A stretch of 19,305 bases of DNA from assembly GCA_030141605.1 (NCBI GenBank), contig JAQGDQ010001957.1, forward strand, positions 1 through 19,305. Direction: 5' to 3'. This document shows, in pieces, positions 10,035 through 19,305 of the stretch. The position numbers were made by a program, and so were the translations under genes. Under the pieces are notes generated by a model that searched no databases, was not told where the DNA came from, and was given only the letters and a program-made list of their open reading frames with translations. The DNA comes from Tubiluchus corallicola. Taxonomy: Eukaryota; Animalia; Priapulida. Numbering within the stretch: position 1 is the first letter of the stretch; every line of letters begins with the position of its first letter.

Positions 10035-10418
10035 TAGGGGTGAGCATTTTCTACCAGAAAGCGAATTCGAATCGAATCTAATTTGTGACTTTCGAATTCG
10101 AATCGAACTGAACTTCAGTATTTAGAGTTCGAACCGAATTTGAATTCAGTTTGAAATATTTTCGAACAATTTTCGACCAATAGGGAAAAGCGGTCTTACA
10201 AAGACCGTGCATATTACTCGATTTTGTTCTGCAGTAAGGCCACCAATAATTTGTTTAACAATCGTGCACAGAAATCGTAGCAGCTAAACAGTGTTAATTG
10301 CATGATGTTTCAAACATTTTAATGATAAAGAGTGTATGTGGTTGAAGTGCTGAATTATTCAAATCTATAGTTTTGTGTTCGAATCGAATTCCATTCGAAC
10401 GTTCGATGCTCAGCCCTA
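10035..10418. mobile_element. Non-autonomous hAT (Ac-like, TAGGG-ended) MITE, 384 bp
   Basis: TIRs TAGGGGTGAGCAT (10035-10047) and ATGCTCAGCCCTA (10406-10418), 12/13 match. Perfect 8-bp TSD GTCATAAC at 10027-10034 and 10419-10426. Many subterminal TCGAA/TTCGA motifs. Confidence 0.9.
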
Positions 10419-10561
10419 GTCATAACCATAAGATTTGGAGCTTTACTTTTGAACTCGAATTATTCAAATCTGTAGTTTTATGTTCGAATCGAATTCCATT
10501 CGAACGTTCGATGCTCAGCCCTAGTCATAACCATAAGATTTGGAGCTTTACTTTTGAACTC
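10352..10561. repeat. 105-bp tandem duplication spanning the MITE right end, its TSD and 30 bp of flanking LINE
   Basis: Copies 10352-10456 and 10457-10561 differ at two positions (tctAtag/tctGtag; ttttGtg/ttttAtg). Confidence 0.95.
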
Positions 10562-10587
10562 CAAGGAATTTCTTCGTTCATCAAAAT

Positions 10588-11095
10588 GAGTGGCGGCTCG
10601 TGTATAGGTACTGTGGTACTGCAGCACCCCCTGTTTTTACTCATTATTATCGATAATACTCAATATAATAATCTTTCTTCTTTGATTCTTTCTTTATACT
10701 TGTGCGGAACAGGAGCTCGTGAGGGAAGTACAATTTGCTTCACAGCCCAAGCAACGCGGTGTTTGGCTGCTGTGCGCATGCGGCCATGCGCACATGTCTG
10801 AGATAAAACGCTGTACTTAGGGAGAAAGAGTGCTGTCGCTCACTGTAGTACGTGTTGTCAGTTGTCACGTGCTTAAAAGCCTTTTATCGACTTATTTTTG
10901 AACTGCGACAATTTAGGGTTATTCGTTAGAATTCGTAAGAGTTTATCAAGATTATGTTTACATTAGATTGTTTGTTTAGAATTACATTTGCAACATTATA
11001 ATTACATATATTTGTTTCGTTTTACACAGTATTAAAACACGGCTAAAAAATTAATTTTGCAGCACCCCACTAATTTTAGCTACGAGCCGTCACTG
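10588..11095. mobile_element. Non-autonomous hAT (CAGTG-ended) MITE, 508 bp
   Basis: TIRs GAGTGGCGGCTCGT (10588-10601) and ACGAGCCGTCACTG (11082-11095), 12/14 match. Perfect 8-bp TSD ATCAAAAT at 10580-10587 and 11096-11103. Subterminal TGCAGCACCCC near both ends (10620, 11058). Confidence 0.88.
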
Positions 11096-11470
11096 ATCAA
11101 AATGGTTGTTGTTAGTGACTCGTAAAAACCCGCTGAAAATAACATCATTTAGCGAGGAATGTCTACATTCGCTATTCATTGGAGTATTCTACTTTTCACT
11201 TTGTCTAAAATAATGGGTTGGCGTAAGAAATATAGGAAACGCAAACTGATTAATACCAAGAGGAACGTAGCGCAATCTTGCACGCATTAAATTTGTAGTC
11301 AGCGCGATTTTATTGTCCAGCATTAGTTTCATAACAGGCGAATTTGTCTTTTTACGTCGCTATAAAGTTTTCACTGCTGCTGATAAGTAGCGCTGTGTTA
11401 TTGCTGCAAGCTTTTACGACCTGAATATATCATCCACATGGATATTTCTTCTTCCGGTTCCGCGTCCTGC

Positions 11471-11569
11471 ATGGCGTTTGAAATTTTATGTTTGCAGACG
11501 CAAATGCGCCACACAATGACTTTATATTACCATTCTGTTGTGGTCCAACAAATATCACTCGTCTCACAG
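11471..11569 (+). CDS. Tentative APP first coding exon (candidate only)
   Basis: Three in-frame ATGs (11471, 11504, 11516) read to CAG|gtttat in phase 0, compatible with the 11735 exon via a 165-bp intron. A CpG-containing patch with an ETS-like CTTCCGG (11451-11457) precedes it. The donor is weak and MTLYYHSVVVQQISLVSQ is a poor signal-peptide core. Confidence 0.28.
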
Positions 11570-11734
11570 GTTTATTAGAAATTTTAGGAGCGCTGATTTC
11601 ACGATTTTGAATCAGTCGTCTGTGTTGCTACAGTATAACCAATACGTCTGTGGTATAGGCCTATGATTTACTTGTATAATCTAAATAAACTATTGCTATT
11701 GACTGACGATTGATTATTGATTTTTCTATTGCAG

Positions 11735-11899
11735 GCATTTGCCAATGCGTTCGCCACGCGTTCAGAACCTCAGATAGCCATGAAGTGTGGCTTCATCAAC
11801 ATGCACTATAACATAACCCTAGAACAGTGGATTCCTGACAAAGAATCAAAATCACAATGCCTTACTCAGAAGATGGACATCTTGGAGTTCTGCCGGAGG
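11735..11899 (+). CDS. APP: APP-family gene, coding exon equivalent to human APP exon 2 (N-terminal half of the E1 growth-factor-like domain)
   Basis: AFANAFATRSEPQIAMKCGFINMHYNITLEQWIPDKESKSQCLTQKMDILEFCRR aligns with human EPQIAMFCGRLNMHMN...W..D.....C.....IL.YC. Acceptor tttttctattgcag, donor gtaacg, 165 bp, phase 0/0. Confidence 0.95.
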
Positions 11900-12813
11900 G
11901 TAACGTCCTTTATTTACCTCCTAGAGTGATAAATTAGAAAACTATTGACAGTAGGTGTAAAGGACAGGGTTTGTGTCTCCTTGTGACCTTTGAACAGATT
12001 TTTTTTCTTAAAAACAAGTTATATTTTACGAAATGGACAGAGAAAGCTCAAAGTATTACTAAATCGTTTACTGTTTTTCCCTTCTGACTCAAATGTTCAT
12101 AAAAATGCAGCTTAAGATACTTAAACATCCAATGTAATTAAATAAACTACAAGCGTGCATTAAGACACAAGCTCTAAACGTCATTAAAAAGCCATTACTA
12201 CTAATTGCCTGAATTCCTTGGGCATTTGAGCGCTGAAATTGCACAAAATGTTGCTCTGGTATAGGATTCGAAAGGATTCATGCGTTTTTCACACAATTCA
12301 TTTGTTCTGATTGTAGATTCATGCATTAAAAGATTAAAATTCGATATATACGCACACACACACGAACGCACATGCGCTGTCATGGGTATGGGTCAAAAAA
12401 GTTGCTCAGATTATGGCTAAATGAAAATGCAACTGAATTAATTTATATTATGCATACCATACTAATGATCCTAATCGTGATAAGTCGTTTGCTTACGAAC
12501 AATACAATACACAATACAACATGTGCAGGAAAAACGAACGTTACATAAAAATACACAACACTTAGGTGTAGGCTTAATCGTCTCGCAAAATAGTAAAACT
12601 GTAAAGATTAAACACTAATAAACAGTTAACATTATTTACGCATTTACAAAAATAATATAGTTACAATGGTAAATTAAATTCGGCTGTTTGTAATTAAACA
12701 TGATTTGAGACTAAATTTGTAACCTCACAATCATTTCCGTTCATCAGAAACCTCATTGTTGACTCCGTTAAGTCCTAATGAGGTTACTGAAAGTATAAGA
12801 AAAGCCTTGAACT

Positions 12814-13150
12814 GTGGAGGTAAAACAGCAAAGACTGTAAACATCGAGTGTTGTTCGTGTTCATAGCATTGATCTACACTCTACAGTAACCTTTTACGAA
12901 TTCTAATGGTTACTGTCGACTTGAGTAATGCAATTAACAGCTTTTCAAGTGTAGGATAAATAATGCAGTAGTTCTGACGACTCGAGGGTCACACTTGAAA
13001 GCTTCGTGCCACATTCAGGTGTTTTGGTTTAAAGTAAATTTCGCAAGTGAACTACAATGTACAGTTCGCTAAGAGGGTTTGTGAAAGTTCAAGTTTCAAT
13101 GCTGGAATTTCAATGCAGAAAGCGGTGGCGGCGTTTTCACCATTTCTGGT
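12814..13150 (-). pseudogene. Probable decayed hAT transposase C-terminal (dimerisation domain) fragment in an APP intron
   Basis: Minus-strand reading with stops: IEIPALKLELSQ...IYPTLEKLLIALLKSTVT..., then after a frameshift NAMNTNNTRCLQSLLFYLH. This resembles ID...L..EL / YP.L.KLL...LT.PVT / RSTM...RL..L.L..IH. The ERSFS core is not recognisable. Confidence 0.42.
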
Positions 13151-16100
13151 TACTTTTAACATTTATGGTACAAAACAAAAACTGCAATACTAGTTTGTTC
13201 AACTTTAATGGTCCCATTTCTCACTTATCAGACCGTGGGAATGTTTGAGCTTTTAAGTTGAACATTCTAAGCAAAATAAAATCGTTATTCCAATCCTAGA
13301 AATTTGTTAGTTCAAAAGTTTAAAAATACTTATAAACATATTTGTTTTTGTCGAATGACTAGTACGCGGTCGTAAAGCCACCAGAATTTACAGATGTAGG
13401 ATAAAATTGTCACTAAAAGAGACCATCTTCTAGCAAGTATACCAGGAGAATCGTAGACAATTTAGTCCTCCAATAGTATAAAAGAATAAAAACGACAGCT
13501 TACCAAATTGTGTTAAATATTTAGCAGCGTGCCAGGCTTTTTTGGCAATTGACATTGGCTATATATGAAAATACAAGTTTGTAGCAATAACATAAAATAA
13601 ATAGAAGGAAAGAAAGAACGCCCAAAAAGAGACAGTGTAAGTCCTGCTTTCAAAAGGAAATAGAAAACATAAAAAAGAGAAAAACAAAATACCGAATCAT
13701 TTCACTTTCAAAAGCTGGGTCAAAAATTCAGAATATCTACAGTTTTAATTTAAATGTTTCGTGATACTAATGCATGGTTTCGTCAACTTTCATCCATTTT
13801 TGCGAGAGTTTCTGTTGCTAGGTAACTGCGTCAACTGCAGCTGGTATACCAGAAATGATAAGTTATCTTTGTTATGATTCACTACATCTGTAAATGGAAA
13901 ATCAACACATTTCCTGCGGAAGAAATGCCTCGTACCAGGAACTTATTCTGAATAATCTTGTTTGAGCAAATCCTTAATTACTTGAAACGTCACTCCGTCT
14001 AATAGCCTTCCCCTGCTGCTCCTTTAAAGCTCCTCATCCTGGATGCTGATACTATTGTCAAACTAGGGAGTGAGATAACAGTGATGCCGTGTTTGAGTAA
14101 TGCATTTCCTTTGCGATTGTCTTACTCACAATGCTATCTTTTCCAATCGGGAACCTTGGGATAGCCGTGCCATATTTTCCTGCAATTTTCCGAAAGTGTT
14201 GCCATTGACCAACTGGTTTTATCAGGCGTCGATTCACGTGGTGGAAAATGGGTTTGAGTAGCAAAGAAACATCTGTTCCCGCTGTTTCTGCACGTGTCCA
14301 GGGAAAGTTTTCACCAATAGTAGTATTATTATCCCTTTTTGTAAGAGTTATCTGAACATATGAAACGCGTAGGCGTCTGAATTTCTGAAACTGTTGAATC
14401 GTAGACAAAGGGTTAAAACCGCATCTTGAATATTTCGTAAAACTAGTACATGTACTGTGGTAGTACTTAATGAGACTACTAAGTGGTTCAATCATTAAAT
14501 GCTTTTCTTACATGTCACCCTTAAGTTTACAGTCTTAACCGTTTAACTGCAGATTGCTTCGGCGAGCTTAATTGAGCTAAAATGTTTATTTTTCGTCTGC
14601 CCACCCGTCTTGCACAGTTTATGCTAGAACTCTGTATGCTCAGACTACTTGTAAGTGAAATTTTGTGTTTGCGCTTTCAACATCCATACTAACAAAATTT
14701 AAACATGTACAACCTTGAGCAAACATGTAACGGGCTGCTCTAGAGGGCGCCTGTCTCTGAACAGTTTCGGATTTTTTTAATTTCATTCTCGGTTTTAAAA
14801 CTTTTTTCATTGGCTTAAGAATATTATTCCGTCTTCGTAATAAGCTACATGATATGTCAGCAAAGTTTAATAAAAATTTCCAGTACTTGTGTGCGACGCC
14901 CAGTGCCCTCTAAAATGCCGAACTGGTCAACAGTTCTGTATAAAATATGTAAATATATTGATTTAATAAAAAATATTGGTTGATATAAATACTGCAGTAT
15001 TGCAACTTGTACAGTTTATGAAGAGCTCAAGATGTCGCAACATAAAAAAAGATAAAATTGCTGGCTTCGGTGCAGACGGAAAGTTGGTTACTCAATTCTT
15101 CTCGGTAATCATATACTCACACGTAGGGAATAAGTGACAAGTAAAAAGAACCTTCTGGTGGCACGTGATCTGTTGAGTAAGTGTGAGGACTGAGTGGGTG
15201 GCAGCAAAATGATTGATAAATGAATGTATGAGTGAGTGAAGGAAATATCATCCATGAAATTATACTTGTTGTTGTTGTTTTGAGCTGTTTTGAGTTTGGA
15301 GATGCTACCTTTTTTTGCCAGCATTTGAAACTAACCCCCCCCCCCCACAGGCTTGTCATCAGGTGAACATGTAAACTGTGCTGAGCTATGCCATGCATTT
15401 ACTTCTTACATTGATTTCTTATTGATTGCTTCCCGTAATGGATAAGGTTGTGATGAATTCTCTGAGTAACCATTATCGTTATCGTTGCCGTGATTAAGCA
15501 GTATTCATCATGTGCAAGCCCACCTGCCAGTTTTCCTGATTAGCATCAAAGTCTGCATAGAGACAAAGCAGCACCTTGGGTGGACGCCATTATGCCTGAT
15601 TTAAAGGGAAAGTTTGGGCAGGTAAAATATTGTTCTAGGACGGTCGGGGTCAGTTTATTGTCCTGTGGGCCATTGTTTTCGCCTAAATATAGAACTCTTA
15701 TAATTATCAGCCTAGTCCTAGTGTTGCTTTGAAGAAAGTTCTATTAGTCACTGAACTTTGCTTGAGCTGGGATTCTTGTAGATTGGTATAACATTTAAAC
15801 GTTACATAATTTTTTTTCTGTTTCTGATAAAACAGTAAGTTGAAAAAATACACCAGGCACAGAAAACTACACAAATTGGACACAAGTTCGTTTAAAGAAA
15901 TTACAGTTTTTTAAACTTTATGTAAAAATAGATGTGATTTTTAAATCAATGTTCAATAACCAGCAGCACAGTCATGTAACAGTAAAAAATACAGCTATTA
16001 AACCTTCATGCATTATAAACTAACATTAACTCGCCCAATAATTAAAGAAACTCAAACTTAATTTCATAGTCTAACAACTTTTACTGTGAACATTTTATAA

Positions 16101-18119
16101 ACAAAATTCAAGAAGCAATCAAGCTTCTAAATATTATTAAAATATCACAATCGTGACATGCTTTTAAAGATCAGCTGAAGTAAATTATCTAATTTTTTCA
16201 TAAATTTGCAATACTTAGTCTGTGAACAGGAGCTGTGTTATGAGAAATAATTATTCAGTTTGTTAGCTTTGTCTACAGTTTAGTTGATTTTATTGCATTA
16301 AGTTTGAATAATTCTCGATGTCTTTGATTTAAATTATGATAATTGCTAAATAATTTTTATTTGTGTGCGAATTTGTCAATATTTTTAAATTTGTAAGATC
16401 TTTGCAAAACTCCTGTTGGTTTGTTATAGTTTGCCAAGGGTTGGCAGTTAGTAAAATAACCACTCAAAATTTTAATCATATAAATAATCAATAATAGACC
16501 GTGTGTTCTCTATAAAAGTGAGCGAAATTTAGTAAAACTGTTGTCAATTGTTGTCTGTTATGCTGACTCGTGCGTTATTAAATGAATTATAAAGGTTGGT
16601 TGTCAAAATACGGCTAATTTAGTAATAATTTCCCTTATTGATGCCTGCTGGAGCACTTTTGCTACATAAGTTTTGACTTACGGTTTCTCATAAGTTTTTG
16701 TAAAAGCGTGGGAATTTTATTTGGAAAATTTTCATTTTGAACTTTTCTTAGCCGTGATTCGATTTCGCCAAATCAAACTATAAGATCAAATTGAAGACAT
16801 GCAAACTTTTTGTAAGCTTGATTGTTACTGTAAATGTTAGTAACACGCATACGTTTCACAAGCGGTTAACTTTGCGGCGAAAAATAACATTGTTCGTGAT
16901 TAGAAAAATACGCTGGATTATATGCGTCAGGAATGTGAAGTATGGTTGCGTGCGAGTGCCACTGTTTTATTGTTTTCTTCTAACGTCTTGCTTGCTCGTG
17001 GCCGAGTTCTTGGATAATTCCACGTCCTAAAACTTGCGTCTGTCCACAATGCGTGTGTTTGTCGAAGAAACATCAGTAAGTTTGTACGTATAATCGCTTG
17101 TGTGTGTGGTGGGTATTGGGTACAGTATGCGTGATTTATGTACACACACGACCTCCACCTCCGGGGCAAACTTTGCCTTGTCTTGCGCGCATCTTGAATT
17201 AATTTGACTGTAGTTTAGTTAGAATTAGGGAGGGAGTGCTGGCCGCAGACTGTACAGCGTTGGTGGATGATTATGCAGGAAGTCAGCAATTTCATTAAAT
17301 GAGCACCTAATCAATCTAGGGCATGCGTTTATCAACTACCTGGTCCATTTAACGGCTGTATGTTCATTTGTTGTTAGACGAAGTGCTTGATTCATTCATA
17401 TGTTTAACCTTTGAAAAAAATCTCATGCAATTTAAATATGTCGAAGTCGAGGGAAGTCAGAGAACATTTTATCAATTTATATTTTATGTAGCAAACGAAT
17501 TTTTTTGTGCAGTTCTCTTAAAACAAGTAACCGTTGCAACGTTTGCTTGTAGATTCACATATATTATTGGGTCGTGTAATTTTTTATGATTGTCTCCTAC
17601 GCAGCGGATATTACATTTTCTAAATTTAGTAGCTGTTGATAATAACTGTAAAATGATAAAAATTAATAACTTAGTACACAGTGACAAAAAGAGTATGACG
17701 GAATAATAATGTGGCAGTCAATTTATTTTTTGTGTAAGCTTATAGATTTTTATGTATTTGTTTGCATCTTTTTATTGAACTGTCTCCATTTTAGCATCTA
17801 AAAGCCAAATACTGAGATTACAATATTAGAATTCCTGAAATTATTGGAGCGTTTATGTTTTTTGTTGTTGTTTGATTTACTGCTGTGCATTGAAATGAAA
17901 TAATTAATAAAGCTCTTCTGATGAATAAACATTGTCTTTACTGAAACACTTTGACAATAAAATTTGAAAGCATTGACTGTTTATAACTATGTAAATCATG
18001 AATGTTGAAATCATCTAATGTAGGGCAACCCTATACAAAGTTGCAATTTATAATGTAATGCTTAATGTACACTAGTTTTATATTCTATTATATTGATCAT
18101 TGTCATCGTCGTTTTCCAG

Positions 18120-18246
18120 GTTTATCCAGGACTGGATATAACGAATGTTGTAGAAGAAGCTGAGGATGTCAAAATCAGCAATTGGTGCATGAAGCACCAT
18201 AAGTCCTGTAAATGGACCCACATTGTCAGACCATATCGATGCTTAG
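18120..18246 (+). CDS. APP: APP-family gene, coding exon equivalent to human APP exon 3
   Basis: VYPGLDITNVVEEAEDVKISNWCMKHHKSCKWTHIVRPYRCL matches human VYPELQITNVVE...NWC......CK......PYRCL. Acceptor gttttccag, donor gtgcgt, 127 bp, phase 0/1, in frame with the previous exon. Confidence 0.96.
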
Positions 18247-19243
18247 GTGCGTCATTTATACTCCACCCCGTATTTTCACGTTTTTGTGCTATATTATGCA
18301 TACTTGTCTACAGTACTTATTTCCAGTCACCTCCCTGCGTAAAATGTCAGATTCAAAGTAATTTTCGTAGATAGTTGTCATATATTTTCTGTGCACACAA
18401 CTGCCAGTGCTTATGCCGCTATAGCGCAAATCATTTTATTGCATTTGCTAAACCATTTCCGTCTTTATATGAGAGCTGCGGGCTATGTGAGTCAGAATCA
18501 TAGTTGTTTATTTTTTCTTAGAACACCGCAATCTTGTTACTAAGATTTCAGTGACAGCTTTTATATCAGTGTTACCAGCTATGGTGTTTTAGATTTTTCA
18601 CTTTCTGTATATTAAAATGTGTCATAGCAATTCTGCATTTATAGTGCACACCTGTGTAAGGTTGATCGCGGGAGTGGAGGTACGTGGGTGTGTTTACTAC
18701 CTTAGCTGGTGTGATTTAGCACCTAACAGGTGTGTTATATGTGACAAACAAATTGTAGTAGAGTCCGCACACATTTGTGCTAACTGTTTTATGGCAAAGC
18801 AGTTGGTTAAAAAATTATTATACTCAAATAAAAATCGTCTTCTAGTTATTGTAAAACTTTGTTAACTGTTTGGTTGCGTTTCTGCATGTTGTGAAAGGAT
18901 TGGCTGTACACATTAGCGCTGTTCATGTAAAATTGCCTCGCAGCGCCATCTCTTGCGAACAGAAATACTTATTGTTAGGCTGCAGTAGTAACAAAATGTC
19001 ATGTTATTTTAATACTCGCCATTGATTGGTATTTCTAAGTTATAATGTTTTATAAAATTTTAAAATAAATTTAAGTTACAAAGTTAAATTAAAGCCAAAG
19101 TTCAGTTTATTTTTAAGGTTGTGTTAACAAAGTTAATGCTTTTACAAAACTTGTTGAATATGTGACATTAGTTTACAGTAAGCACGTCTTTTGTTGCTAC
19201 TGTACCGTGACGTAATTAAGAACTTATTAATCTTGTTTTTTAG

Positions 19244-19305
19244 TGGGACCATTTCAAAGTGACCCTCTGCTAGTCCCAGAGCACTGTCTATTTGACAATG
19301 TTCAC
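19244..19305 (+). CDS. APP: APP-family gene, coding exon equivalent to human APP exon 4 (start of the copper-binding domain), truncated by the window end
   Basis: Acceptor tcttgttttttag. TG completes the split codon G|TG (Val), then GPFQSDPLLVPEHCLFDNVH, matching the family motif G(E/P)F(V/Q)SDALLVP..C.F. Not in the ORF track. Confidence 0.93.

Larger units (their letters stand above)
9768..11225 (-). mobile_element. 5'-truncated, decayed RTE-clade non-LTR retrotransposon, split by two MITEs
   Basis: Removing the inserts and reading the minus strand gives RVTNN..(fs)EIPWSSKVKLQILWL*HLRLPNETPVRIALNEALK(fs)KPHGKQK(fs)TI*IAKINKDVQQL...ELVMLAATRVG*. This fits the RTE C-terminal pattern W.GH..R.....P / R.RGR....W......D / LA..R..W. 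It ends in a (TGA)n tail ((CAT)4 at 9768-9779). Candidate TSD: AGAAATATGGGA 9756-9767 and AGAAATATAGGA 11226-11237. About 445 bp is LINE proper. Confidence 0.78.

Noticed and set aside
10373-10801. 142-aa ORF with a 35-aa repeat
   Set aside because: Produced by the 105-bp duplication and crosses MITE/LINE boundaries.
15109-17687. Short intronic ORFs on both strands
   Set aside because: No recognisable domains; lengths compatible with chance when alternative starts are allowed.

Overview
AT-rich, intron-containing invertebrate (bilaterian, possibly lophotrochozoan) genomic DNA, not prokaryotic. Two host genes are supported. (1) An intronless DHRS4-like short-chain dehydrogenase/reductase on the minus strand (4024-4836) with an intact ORF and poly(A) signal. 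Its catalytic Tyr is replaced by Cys, it has a CGGC-containing insertion next to the active site, and it has lost the NADPH-specifying Arg-Lys pair and the C-terminal peroxisomal SRL. (2) Three coding exons of an amyloid precursor protein (APP/APPL) family gene on the plus strand (11735-11899, 18120-18246, 19244->19305), encoding the E1 domain with intron positions and phases matching human APP exons 2-4. The signal-peptide exon is not clearly identifiable. The rest is intergenic/intronic DNA with many mobile-element relics: a decayed RTE-type LINE (about 9768-11225, minus) interrupted by two hAT MITEs with perfect 8-bp TSDs and a 105-bp tandem duplication, a CR1-like LINE 3' end, a probable hAT transposase relic, two foldback-like repeats with CCCTAA cores, a 15-16-bp minisatellite and a long cryptic trinucleotide microsatellite. 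All family assignments come from motif recognition by eye; no database searches were run.
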